Part shown: positions 51,778 through 64,000 of the stretch, one piece after another
How positions within the stretch are numbered: position 1 is the stretch's first letter
Layout of the letters: every line of letters begins with the position of its first letter
Assembly (NCBI GenBank): GCA_043228905.1
Contig: JBHGNT010000002.1
Location: 2,480,001-2,544,000 of the forward strand
Reading direction: 5' to 3'
Source of the DNA: Azolla caroliniana
Taxonomy: Eukaryota; Plantae; Polypodiophyta
Length of the DNA stretch: 64,000 nt
Position numbers and translations under genes: made by a program
Notes under the pieces: generated by a model
What the model saw: the letters and a program-made list of their open reading frames with translations, nothing else
What the model was told of the DNA's origin: nothing
Database searches by the model: none

Positions 51778-52979
51778 AACACAAGAAAATACAGAAAAAC
51801 AAAAAACTGTATTAACCCAAGGAAGAATAAGCCAACAACAACAAGAGTTATAAAGAGAAGGAGAAGGTGGTTATATAGTCACCTTCTCTCTAAGTTCTCT
51901 CACTGAAACTAGCCCTCGGGAAAGAGGTCTCGTCTTAACTACTTAAAGAATATGTGTCATCGGATGTTAATTTCTATTACACACTAGTTACTATACAAGG
52001 AGGTGGGGTGTTCACACACTTGAGTGTCCTAGAGTGCGTTCCCATACATGGGAAGTTGAGTTTGTTTGTCAACACGCACCTTCAAACACAACATCCGGTA
52101 ATCTAATCATTGGTTCAGAAAAGGTATTCGGGTTGGCCTTGAGTTGACCAACTTCGGCTTTGGATGGTTGGTTCACTCCTGCTGCTCCTTACTCCCCCTC
52201 AAGCTCGGTTGGTTGATGGTTGAAAGACCTAGGTGCGTCATGAATTGCCATAGGTTGTCAATCCCCAAGGCTTCTGTGAAGATGTCGATCGTCTGTGTCA
52301 TGGACACACCAACCATGGACTATGTCGGGGCTACGAACTTGGAGCTAGAAGTGACGAGGTTAGGAACTCTATAAGTTGTGAGCGACATGAGAGCATGAAG
52401 ACAGAGATGAAGAAGGAGACAAGATGGAATGAGACGATAGTAAATTGATGTGTCAATGGCTAGTATTAAATCCCTTGAAAGGGACCAAGTGTTGTGGAAC
52501 AAGGTCGTCAGTGTGGAAGAACAAACAACATCCTGTGATGGTGAAGAACTTGCGTATGCGAATGAGCAATACAGAGAGAGAGAGAGAGGCACAAAGAATA
52601 CGTTATATTTCTCAATAGCAATAGTTACAACAATAACAACCAACCTTAACTAAAGGTTACAAAGTCACTTTATATAGTGACTATCCTAGGGCAACTGCCC
52701 TTTATGCTATTTATAAAAATAGTCCAAACTTGGGTTGTCCAAAGGGACAGTGTGAATACGGCCATTATACACTCGTATTCGACTCTCCCCCGTAATGGGT
52801 GTATACATGGGTTATACTAAAGTTACAGGTATGTACAAGGTTGTCGGACAGATCGGTTTTGTTCGAGTCGGCAGGATCCAAAGACTGAAGATCGAACCGG
52901 TCGGGTCGAAAGACCTGAAGCCGATCCTCAGAGAACCGATGTCAGTGGTCCGAAACCATCCTGTGTTGTGTGTCCAACT

Positions 52980-55900
52980 TTAACCGGACCGATTTTTCGT
53001 TACACCCATCTGGTGTTGAAGGGACCGAAAGTGATCCGCCAAAAGACACTTGGTCATTCCATCTGCGACATTATCGGTTGTGGATATCTTCTCGAGACTG
53101 ATTTTCCTTGAAATGACGTAATCCCGAACGAAGTGATATCGAACGTCGATGTGCTTGGAGGCGTTGTGGTGAACCAGATTCTTTGACAAAGCAATAACAC
53201 CCTGACTGTCGTTGTAGACAACTGGAGCCGAGTCTGAGTCGACTTGTCGAAACGTGTGCGCCAGACGACCAAGCCATAAAGCTTTTTTTACCGCGTCGGA
53301 CGCAGCTACATATTCCACTTCGGTCTTTGAGGTGGTTGTGCACTCCTAAAGTTTCGACTTCCACGAGATTGCTCCATTGTCGAATTTGAAACAATATCCG
53401 ATTGTTGATTTCCGACTGTCCACACAGCCGGCGAAGTTCGAGTCGGTGTAACCGACTACGCCTGAGGTTGAGTTCGGGCAAAAAAGAATGTCGTGGTCTT
53501 TTGTGCCAGTTAGATACCTGAACACATGCTTGACTGCGTTCCAGTGCGATCGGCTTGGGTTGTGCATGAATCTGCTGATGACGTGAGAAATATCAGGCCG
53601 TGTCGCGACCATCGCGTACATAAGGGAGCCGACTGCCGGTGCATACGGTACCGACTTCATATCTTCCCCCTCTAGACCGGATGTCGGGTAGTCTCGCTGA
53701 GACAACCGAAGGTTAATGGGGAGCAGGGTCGAAGCAGATTTGGCCGAGTGCATGTTGAAGCGTTCCAAGACACGTCCGATGTAGTCGGTTTGAGACAAGA
53801 AAAGTTGTCGTTTATTTGCGATGCTGACTAATCTTCATACCAAGTATGTGTCTTGTCGGACCGAGGTCCTTCATGGCAAACTTCAATCGCAATTTCCGAA
53901 CGAGTTCGGTGAGCTCTCCGGCATGTCGGTCGGAGAGTAGCATGTCATCCACGTAAATGATGAGGAAGACAAGAGACCCATCTTGAGTTGTTTTGGTGAA
54001 GAGACAGTGGTCCTCATCGCTCTTGGAGAAGCTGATCGACTGGATGAAGTCATCAAACTTCTTGTACCACTGTCGGGGTGCCTGTTTTAGGCCGTAGAGA
54101 CTCTTCTTGAGTCGACAGACTAGATGTTCCTGGCCGGATGCCACGAAGCCCTTCGGCTGCTCCATATAGATTTCCTCCTGTAGGTCACCGTGGAGGAATG
54201 CCGTTTTTACATCTAGCTGAATCAGCTCCAAGTTGTCAGCGGCCACGACGCCGAGCATGAAATGAAGGGTTGTCATTTTCACCACTGGTGAAAAGATTTC
54301 ATCGAAGTCGACGCCATATTCTTGTCGAAATCCCTTCGCAACTAATATGGCCTTGTACTTTGGGTTGGTCGAGTCAGACGTCTCTTTTAGTCGATAGACC
54401 CACTTACATGGAAGAGCACGTCGATTCTCCGGTAATTCGACCAAGTCCCAAGTCTTGTTTGCGCGAATGGAGTGCATTTCCAACTCCATCGCCAGATGCC
54501 AGGTGGTTGAGTTGGCAGGTGCCGATGCTTCTTCATAAGATGTCGGTTCGCCAACGTCGATAAAGAAAATTCTGGGAGAGTACCTTTCCGGAGGTTGCGA
54601 CAGTCTCTCGGATTTTCGAGGTATGACTGGACTGGTCGCACAGGGTATAGGTGTCGGATGGTCGGAAGCCAAGCCATTCGGCTGTGGTGAATTGGTGGAT
54701 TCAAGACAAGAGGTGTCAGTTACCTGTGAAACCGATCTCGTGTTGTGGGCTGGGCCTTCATGAAGGGTTGGCACTTTGGAAAATATTACCCTTCGGACTT
54801 CAATAGGCCTTTCGACCGTTTTATGCATAGTTGACTCGTTGAACACGACGTCCGAACTTTGGACGATTTTGTCTGTGTTCGGGGTCCCACAGTCGGTATC
54901 TGATCTCGCCATCGGGTCCATATCCAAGGATAATGCATTTCCTTGATCTTGGTTCGAGTTTTCGGCGATCGTCTTTTGGTATGAGGGCATACGCCTCGCA
55001 GCCGAAGATCCTCAGCTTGTCATAATTCGGCTTACTATCGGTCCATGTTTCCTGAGGTATTTTAATTCCTAGAGGTCTACTTGGCGACATATTTATTATG
55101 TGTACTGACGTAAGTAGAGCCTCCGCCCAGAAGCCATCCGACAGTCCGGAGTGTTGGAGCATGGATACTATGCATTCTTGAATCGTCTGATTCATGCGTT
55201 CAGCAATTCTATTCTCCTCCAGACTATAGGGTGCCATATATTCACGTCGAATGCCGCGTTCCCGACAAAATTTGACGAATTCTTCAGACTTGAATTCTCC
55301 TCCGTTGTCGGTTCGGAGACATTTCAGTTTCCGACCGGTCTGATTTTCGACCATTGCAAGCCATTCAGAGAAGATTGAGAACACCCAATCTTTGGTTCTT
55401 ATGGGGTAAGCCCACACCTTCCGAGTCGAGTCGTCAATAAAACTGACGAAGTACAAAGCACCGCTGAGAGACTAATGTGGCATCAGGCCACAAACGTCCG
55501 AGTGGACCAAATCGAGGGGACTCGATTCTCTTGGTGCTGATGTCGGGTGTGATATGGCTACCTGTTTGCCGTACTGGCAATGCTCGCAGAATTGGTGATC
55601 CGAGAAGGAGAGTTTGGGGATGTAACCGGCTTTGGATAGGTGAGTTATGTCGGTCTTGCTGAGGTGTCCAAGTCGTCTGTGCCATAACAATGACACGGGG
55701 ATATCAACTAGAAATAAGTCACCCTCTTTGAGTGTGACATATAAAAGGTACAAAGAGTGTACCTTTGTCCTCGAGTAAGCAGGAGGTTCCCTTTGTGGAG
55801 TGTCCACCCTCCTGATGAGAACCCGGCACGGATGCCAGCTTCGTCAAGCTGTCCGACTGAGATCAAGGGTCTTCAGAGCTCAGGAAGGTGTCGGACGTTG

Positions 55901-56997
55901 TGTAGTATGAGTGTAGAGCCACACGGAAGGTTGAGCTCTACGGTGCCGATTTTGATTATAGCACAGTGTTGCGAGTTTCCAACTCGAACTGAGTCGGAGT
56001 GCCAGTCCGAGTATTGCCGAAACTGAGATAGGTGAGGTGTCACATGATACGATGTGCCCGAGTCCAGGAGCCATGTGCTCGATTCCTCAGTCGTAAGCAA
56101 AACTTCTAATTCAATTGGATTCTCTATGGATAGTATGTTTGGGTCGGTCGTCAAAATTTCGACTAAAGAGCCGATGTAGTTGACCTCCTCATGCCGGCTA
56201 CTCTTCGGATCCACTCTCTGATCTTTGTCGGTTTTTGCTTTGAGTGCCTGACAGTCAGCTTTGATGTGTCCTGGTTTCTTGCAGTAGTTGCAGATTCTGT
56301 TGTCCCGGGACTTGCTCCGGCTTCGCTGATTGTTCGGCGGTCAGGAAGAACTTCTTCCCCGGTTGTTCGATCGGTCGGTCGAACCTTGTACTACATAAGC
56401 TTCATCTGTCGAGTCTTTGGTGAAAGACTTTCTCCGAGCTGCTTCAGTCAGGATTGCGCTCGTGACTTCGGAGTACTTAACGGCAACTGTTGAAGCATTG
56501 CACACGGTTGTAACGAAAGTTTCCCATAAAGAGGGGAGACTACTCATGAGTATCATTGCTCTGAGTTCAACCTCGATTGTCGTCCCCTGAGATGAGATTT
56601 GGGAGCTTATGCTTTCATACTCGTTGAGGTGTGCCTGAACCGAATCAGATTCTTTCATCCGCAAGTTGTAGAGGCGCCGGATCAAATACATCTTTGTTGC
56701 CGCGACCTTCTTTTCATAAGTTTTCGACAGTGTTTTCCAAAGTTCAAAAGCCGTCGAGCATGATTGCACTGTGAAGTACACTGACTCCGACAAGTGCATC
56801 TGAATCGTGGCGCGAACGATTCTGTCCAGCTTGAGCCACTCGTTTGCCTTGTATGCTTCTGGAGGATTTTCATTCTCAATCGGGTCTATCTGACCCTTGA
56901 CTATGAGATAGTCCTGCATTTGTTCCTTCCAGAAGTTGAAGTTCGAACCGTCGAACCTCCTTAGACTCATCTCCGATGAGCCGGATGTTGATGCCAT
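52980..56997 (-). pseudogene. Copia gag-pol of element 5 (fragmented)
   Basis: MASTSGSSEMSLRRFDGSNFNFWK gag, WLLDSGTS protease, FIDDSTRKVW/TDNGGEF integrase, QLDVKTAFLHG/YVDDML RT, YTDSNFAG and SKHIDVRYHF RNase H, across several frames. Confidence 0.93.
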
Positions 56998-57759
56998 CTG
57001 CTTCGGTTTCGGTTGGTAAGACTTGGTTCGGAGTTGACTACGAACCTTAGTGGGGTGCAGTCGGTCGGCTCACCCGATATCGTTCTAGTCGATTTTGAAC
57101 CCGAGTCGGTTTGGTTTCGGATACTTGTTGTTGAACTTGCTCGGTGTGACTCCGGTAACTTGAGGGACAAAACCGGCTGGTCTTATCGAATGTTGCCAAG
57201 TCGGAGTGAGCCCGGTTAGCTTCCGATTGTATGCCGAATACCGATTACAAGAAACCGATTGTTTGGGCCGATTCTGCTTCGGATGACTGCAGCGATGAGA
57301 GGGACGGATCCAACTGATCCTCCCGGATGTCAATCAACCAAATGAAGCGCGAATTTGGTTGTTGCCAGGAGTCCAATCTGTTGCGGGTGGTTACAACAAG
57401 CGGGTGAATAGCGTCCGGTGACCTATTCGGATGTCGTTTAACCGAATGAAGCACGATTGGGTCAGGTGTTGCACAGGGAGCTCCCCTCAAGTGATTACAA
57501 TCACAGGAATAGAGTACAGCTGGCTGGCTTACTCCAATTTGTAATTTAGCACAGTGAGATGCGAGCTTTTTGTTTTTCTTCTCCCTTCTCTATTCTTAAA
57601 AGAAAACGAAAGCATAATGTTGGGTGGTGTACTATGACGGCCGGCAGCGGATTGAAGAACCTCCAACACTCTAATACCAAATGTTGTGGAACAAGGTCGT
57701 CAGTGCGGAAGAACAAACAACATCCTGTGATGGTGAAGAACCTGCGTATGCGAATGAGC

Positions 57760-57793
<34 letters not shown>

Positions 57794-57797
<4 letters not shown>

Positions 57798-58503
57798 TTA
57801 TATTATCATCTTCGGAGGTCAAATATGACCTATGAGACCAAAAATATTACATTTCATGTGATACGTGTGAAAGTGAGTAGTGACTCTTGATGTTCAAGAA
57901 CTTTACCAATGAATGTTGCAATCGAGAGTGCACATTGTGGTTGTGATAGGAATTCATGCAAAGATTGGGCTCAATCGAAGAGATGTGGAAAGCATGGTCG
58001 AATATGATCAAAGGCAGAGCATTGTATCAAAGTGTGATACTCAGACTCGCGAACTTGTTTAGGGCAAAGTGTGCATAGCCGACCACTCTCATCAATTGTA
58101 CCCCAACGCCCTGTTTCACATCGCAATGCATGTGAGCTAAGTCGCATGGAAGCAATGGTTCGAATGGCAGATAACGGTATGGGCTCTAACATGTATGGAT
58201 GTGTACGATTTCCCCGTTTCGCAAAGAATATGGTTTTGTAGTTAGGTGCAACATGTGTAGTATAATGTGTGAAGCGTGAGCCTCCATATTTGTCCCATGT
58301 CATGATACATTGACGTTGCAAAAATGCCTCATTTACAGAGGAATCTAATGATGCATCATGAAGCAAGTGTCTCGCATCCCATCTACCAAACCATTTTTCT
58401 ATATCTTGCATCCAACTGGAACACAAGATTTTGCTTTTATGCGTCTTTTGGATCTTTTTGCTTGCTTCCCACGCAATTCTAGGAAGTCGATGTGAGGGAC
58501 TTT

Positions 58504-58506
<3 letters not shown>
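57794..58506 (-). mobile_element. 5'-truncated non-LTR retrotransposon (LINE, RTEX-like) inserted in the (GA)n tract of the element 5 5' LTR
   Basis: ORF2 C-terminus RLSSHALRCETGRW...RLCTLCP...ESEYHTLIQCSAF (CCHC). 3'UTR hairpin AGGTCA-aata-TGACCT at 57816-57831; tail AATATAATCTATCTCTC. Absent from the sister LTR. Clade assignment is tentative. Confidence 0.85.
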
Positions 58507-58540
<34 letters not shown>

Positions 58541-58840
58541 CACAAAGAATACGTTATATTTCTCAATAGCAATAGTTACAATAATAACAACCAACCTTAA
58601 CTAAAGGTTACAAAGTCACTTTATATAGTGACTATCCTAGGGCAACTGCCCTTTATGCTATTTATAGAAATAGCCCAAACTTGGGTTGTCCAAAGGGACA
58701 ACGTGAATACGGCCATTATACACTCGTATTCGACACCAAGGAGGTTACAAGTATTTATACATGTTCTAAGATTGAATACTTGTAGAATATACTCGAGAAA
58801 TATCTCGAGAATATACCCGTTTAGAATATACCACATAATA

Positions 58841-58877
58841 ATTCTAGAATATACTAACGACTAGAATATTCTCGAAT
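58841..58877. promoter_or_regulatory. Heat-shock-element cluster in the solo LTR U3
   Basis: aGAAt-aTTCt-cGAAt at 58863-58877, aTTCt-aGAAt at 58841-58850, plus repeated AGAATATAC units at 58780-58855. Confidence 0.55.
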
Positions 58878-59013
58878 GTACTATACATTAGACTTTATAA
58901 TATATACAAGTTCACAATCGAATCTTGACAATTCACAAGAATTTCCATATGGTTAACACAACACAATGTACTGTGTGAGTTAAAAGTCAAAGGTTCGAGT
59001 CTAGAATGTAACA

Positions 59014-62000
59014 GTATGCAGGTTCGCGTTGACGTGTTGCAGGTCGACATCCTCGGCCAGAACACACTCTTCGATGAAGCGATAGTGTGCACTTCAATGT
59101 GCTTGGTCCGAGCGTGGAAATTTGGGTTCCAAGCCAAGTGAATATTGCTCATATTGTCGCAGAAGAGGAGAATTTGATCCTTGTATTTGGCTTTTGTGCT
59201 CGACAATGCGATTGTCGGCTGCTTCTTACTGCTCCAAGAGATGGCTCCGCTACCGAGGGAGAAGACGAAGTTCCTTGAGGTTGATCGTCTGTCGGCTTTG
59301 TAGCCGGCCCAGTCGGCATCTGTGTACCCTTCGAGTTGTGTTGATGTGGCTGATTTGTAGAGGATGCCGTAATCCATGGTTCCACTCACATACCTTGGCA
59401 CTCGCTTAACACAATTGAGATGGATGTCTCACGGAGTTTGCATGAATTGGCTAAGGAGGCCAACCGGGTAACTCCAGTCGGGTCGGGTAATGGTGAGGTA
59501 GATTAGGTTTCTGACTAGCTGACGATAGAATGTCGGCTCACACTCTCTTGTGCCTAAGTCGACATCTAGCTTTAGGTTGCGATCAAGAGGGGTAGTGATG
59601 GGCTTACATTGTGTCATCCCAAACTTGTAGAGAAGATTGAGGATATAGTGCCTTTGAGAAAGCATGATGTCGGCAGGAGTCCAAATTACTTCTATTCCTA
59701 GAAAGTAATGGAGCTCCTTCATGTCTTTCATTTCAAATTGGCTAGAGATGAGCTTCTTGATCTGCTCAATGTCTGCTAAGTGCTCTCCTCCTATGACCAA
59801 GTCATTCACATAAATGATGATAAATACATGTCCTTTGGAGTCACTCCCAATGAACAGAGAGTTGTCGGACTTGGACATATTGAAGCCAATTTGGTGAAGA
59901 TATTGGGTTATCTTCGAATGCCATGCTCTCGGTGCTTGGTCAAGGCTATAGTGAGGCGTTTTCAGTCGACATACTGCTTGTGGGTGTGTGCTCGACTTGA
60001 AGCCTGGTGGTTGTACCATGTACACTTCCTCATTTAATTCACCTTGGAGAAAGGCATTCTTGGCGTCCATTTGGTGCAGGTACCACCACCCCATGGCTAC
60101 TACGAGTGCAATCACAGTTCGAATGGTAGTCATCTTTGCTACTAGGGCAAAGGTCTCTTCATAATCGACACCGTGCGTCTACGCGTAGTCCTTCGCCACA
60201 AGTCGGGCCTTGTATTGATTGACAGTGTCGTCAACGTTGTACTTCACTTCGAAGATCCATCGGCATCCAATTGCCTTTTGGTGGTGTGAAGAAGGGACAA
60301 GATCCCATGTCTCTTTCTTGGAGAGTGCTTGCATCTCCTGATTCATTGCTTCGACCCATCGCGGGTCTTTAGCGGCTTTAGAAAAGGTTTCCGGCTCTCA
60401 AACTGTCGCCACCTTCATCATCAATGCATAATGATATGCCACGTAATCGTTGTAGCCAAATCGGTTGACTACTTTCTTCTCTCGGGTGGAGCGACATGGT
60501 TCTGGGGTTCTCATGATGGGCACATCCAGTCCATCATGTTCATTGTCGAATGAGTGAGTCGATTCATTTTCATCTGAATCTTTGCACTCAGGCATTTTAG
60601 CCTTACCTTTGGTGTCTATCTTCGAACTTGCCCGCAATGTGCTTTGGTCACGTGGAGGCTCGTGTGGACCACTCAACTTGGTTGAGATTGGACTTACCTC
60701 TAATGTGAACCTCAGTCGATTGACCTCCTCAGCATCTATATCGAACTCAATTTCAACTGGGTTGAATGGAGCTTAGTCGACTGTGTACCAAGATGTCGAG
60801 TCATTGAAGACAACATCCCTACTCACTCGTACCTTCTTGGTAGAGGGGTTGAAGCACTTATAGCCTTTTTGCTCGAGTGAGTACCCCACGAGAATACATT
60901 TTCCGACTTAGGATCAAGCTTCTTCCTCTTCTCGTCGGGAATATGTACATATGCTATTGAATTGAATATCCTGACATGGGATAGATCCTATTTCTTCCCA
61001 TAGAACCTCTCAGGGGGGGTAACATCATGCATTCTTGATGTTGTGTAGTGATTCATCATATAGACGGTCATATTCACCGCTTCAGCCCAATATGACTTTG
61101 GCAGATGTTTCTCGTTCATCATTGCCCTTGGCACCTCGAGTATGTGCCAGTTCTTGCATTCGTCTACTCTATTCTGTTGAGGTGTGTGTGTGCAAGCAAA
61201 CTCCTGTCGGATTCCTTCTTGTCGAAGGTATGTTGTAAAGGCGTCAAAGAAGTACTCTTTGCCGCCATCCGATCGAAGGCATCTTACATGATGATTGGTT
61301 GCTTTTTCAACTTCGTTTTTGAATTTTTGGAAGTGCGAGAACACTTCATTCTTCTGGCGCATGGGATAAATCCAGGTATGTTTGGAGAAGTCGTCGATGG
61401 ACGTTATGTAGCAACCACCAAATGTTGTTGTCTGGGTTGGTCCCCATACATCTGAATGTATTACATCCAAGATCCCTTTGCTTATGTTCCTCTACTTTGG
61501 GAACGGTTGTCGGTGTTGTTTGCTGAATTGGCGAGCTTTGCACACGCCTACGATTTCCTTTTTGGTGAAGGTCAGGAGTCCGGTGACGACTCCTTTTGAT
61601 TGCATCCCTTTGAGCTTTTGAGGATTGATGTGACCAATCCTTTTGTGCCACCACTCTATGTCAGCGTTGGCTCTATGACCCTTGGCATACATTGCCGATT
61701 TCATCTCGTGTGAATCAAGGATGAACATCTGACCTTCTCTTCAGCTGTGGGCAATGAGTCGGCCTTCTTTTTCGATGAAGCACCCTCCGTCGTCGAAGCG
61801 AACTTGCATGCCTTGTTCCACAATTTGGCCAATCGAGACCAGGTTCTTCGTTATTGTTGGAACATGCAAGACCTTCTTGATGTAGGTTTGGTTGCCTTCT
61901 TCCCCAAATGGGACATTGCCGACATGTTGAATGGGGTGAATTGTGTCATTCCCAGTTTCCACATAGCCAAGTCATTCGGGCTTTTGTAGATCTTAGAACC

Positions 62001-63013
62001 AATCCTCATGAGACGTCATGTGGTGGGATACACCCGAGTTGACAAACCATACATCTTTTGAGTTGGAGGTGCTAGTCGAGTTAGAGGTTGTCATAGAGTT
62101 TGTGATGTGCCTCATCACAAACATTCCGCCACGATCGTCGTTTGAGGCGTAGTTGGTGAGTTGCCGACTCACTCTTCTTTTTGCGACACTCTGCCTCATA
62201 GTGGCCATGCTTGCCACAGTATCCGCATTGGGCGGAGTTATTCTATCGGCTCGGTCTGGCATGATAGCTCCCCCTGCTTCTTGACGCTCCACCTTGTGCG
62301 TTCACAACGTCTTGTCGATAGTTGAAGTTTTGTTCTCGGGGTTGCCTTTGGTTGTACTGACCTTGGCCTGGTTGGCCCCTTCTTCCATGGCCTTGTCCTC
62401 TTTCGTCGTCCGAGTTTGTGTAAAACAATTGTCCGTTAGATGCGTTGCCTCTCGTTCAGACGTGGTTTTCTTCCACCAATAACATCAACTAGAGATCGAA
62501 GATGGAGGAAGACTTCTCCCTTGCGAGGATGACCAACCGAATGGCTTTTGAAGTGTGGTGCTAAGCCGCCGAGGCATATTTGCACCATTTCATAGTCGTC
62601 AATGTTGACATTGATCGACCCAAGGGAGTCGCACAACTCCTTGATCTTCAAGGTGTAGCTGTCGATGGGCATGCCCCTCTATTGAATCATGTTCAACTCT
62701 TGGCGGAGCTGAAGCTTTCGTGTGGTTGTGTTTGCCGCGAATATCTTCTTGAGGTTCCCTCACACCTATTTTGGCGTTTTGGCCTCTCGGATGTAATCGA
62801 GCATGTGATCATGGACGCATGATGCAAGGCAGTACAACATCTGACTCGTTGCTTGCTCCCAAGTTGGATGGTCGGCATGTGCTTGGGCTGATTTTCGTTT
62901 GCCCCTTCGACATAACTCCAATAAACTTGGCCGACAAGGTATTGATTCATCTTGTACTCCTAAGATGCGAAATTGTTTCTGTCAAGTTTCTCTGTAGGAA
63001 GAGCGTTTCCCAT
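59014..63013 (-). pseudogene. Copia gag-pol of element 4 (fragmented)
   Basis: MGNALPTEKLDRNNFAS...MNQYLVGQVYWSYVEG (homologous to element 1 gag), WFVNSGVSHHMT, HSDVWGP, RSDGGKEY, QMDAKNAFL, YTDADWAG. Confidence 0.92.
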
Positions 63014-63542
63014 CCAAGTGCTCATGTCGAACTTCTTCTTCTCTTGATTCGAACTATGTTGGTTGTTGCTACAGGTTCTCTGTGAACACGGGATTAGACA
63101 CAACACACATGAAGGCGATGGGCTTGGATCAAGCTACCAAGTGCTCCGATACCATGTAAAGAATCGGTGATGATTCTATGCAGCAGAAGAGATGTGTGTG
63201 TGAGTGAGTGAGTGAGTGAGAGAGAGAGAGAGAGAGACAACACAAGAAAATATAGAAAAACAGAAAATTGTATTAACACAAGCCAGAATAAGCCAATAAC
63301 AGTTACAAAGAGAAGGAGAAGGTGCTTATGTAGTCCACCTTCTCTCTAAGTTCTCTCACTGAAACGGCCCCTTGGGAAAGGGGTTGAGACTTAACTACTT
63401 AAAGAATATGTGTCAACAGTCATAGGATGTTAACTTCTATGACACACTAGTTATTATACAAGGAGGTGGGGTGTTCACACACTTGAGTCTCCTAGAGTGT
63501 GCTCCCACACATGGGAAGTTGAGTTTGATTCTCAACAATTAG

Positions 63543-64000
63543 TTTGGGAATGGAATCTCTCTCCCAAACTAAAAAGTAATTTCCTTGGAAAGTTCCAATG
63601 ATAGGTCTAGATTTGATTGACGCTTCAAGAACCACAATTGCAACACCTATGATATTTATCTATTTCTTAGGAAGCCAAGAATTCTTAATTTCATACTACA
63701 TGCATTTCAAACATGGATTATTAGTGTCATATTTTTTCAACAAAAAATATGAAACACTTTGAATGGCAAGAAGGTTGGTAATCAAGGTTGTTCTCAAAGG
63801 CTTCAAAATTATCATTGGAGTCATCAATCATTTAGCACGATCTTGATTATGTTAGAAAAAGTTATGAAATGCTACAAATAGGCGAGAAGGATAGTCATCA
63901 ATATAGATCTTGATGGTTTGAAACCTATCATTGAATTTGATAGACTTCTCTAAGGCCTATTGTTTCTCACAAATGGGATCTTTCAATGCAAGGTGAAGAC
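63543..64000 (+). pseudogene. Possible ancient L1-type LINE RT remnant
   Basis: LNLIDFSKAY at 63931-63960 resembles the LINE RT 'LDFxKAYD' motif. EFHKMGWD near 51575, on the other side of element 4, resembles the upstream 'EF.K..WD' motif. Heavily decayed. Confidence 0.35.

Larger units (their letters stand above)
52490..58735 (-). mobile_element. Ty1/copia element 5 (Tnt1/Tork-like)
   Basis: 3' LTR 52490-52784, 5' LTR 57682-58735 (interrupted by a LINE), PBS TGGTATTAGAG at 57669-57679, PPT GGGGGAG at 52785-52791, TSD CCAAG on both sides. Confidence 0.95.
52296..59013 (-). mobile_element. Solo LTR (~470 bp; pieces 52296-52489 and 58741-59013) inserted in the element 4 RNase H region
   Basis: Termini TGTTACA...CATGACA on the minus strand, TSD GTCTG/GTATG (1 mismatch), TATA-like GTATAAATAC at 58751-58760. 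Split by element 5. Confidence 0.8.
51688..63537 (-). mobile_element. Ty1/copia element 4 (family A), base of a 4-level nest
   Basis: 5' LTR 63155-63537, 3' LTR 51688-52074, PBS TGGTATCGGAGC at 63143-63154, PPT at 52075-52085, TSD ATTAG on both sides. The RNase H frame is split at 59014/52295 (..DLQHVNANL|QTIDIFTEALG). Confidence 0.95.

Overview
Land-plant nuclear DNA, probably a fern (inferred from the style of the PLS-class PPR gene and the retroelement families; not proven). It holds four intact host genes: a BPA1-like RRM gene (minus strand, 5 coding exons, 8.3-kb first intron), a HOP/STI1 co-chaperone (plus strand, 8 coding exons, 585 aa, with a heat-shock element), a PLS-class PPR gene with an E-type end, and a DnaJ/DUF3444 gene. 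About half the window is transposon-derived. There are five Ty1/copia elements with both LTRs and target-site duplications (TSDs), all coding-defective, arranged as one intronic insertion, one 2-level nest and one 4-level nest. There are also solo or partial LTRs, a 5'-truncated LINE, Mutator-type MITEs, a 5S rRNA fragment and a tRNA-like sequence. The two most unusual observations are: (1) one copia lineage has a duplicated polypurine tract (PPT), and its Pol frame continues past RNase H as a conserved charged tail ending in the first bases of the 3' LTR; (2) a 1.4-kb non-autonomous Ty3/gypsy-derived element with a tRNA-Ala primer site carries seven hairpin-forming repeats with a 76-bp period. 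All coordinates were read by eye and no database searches were run.
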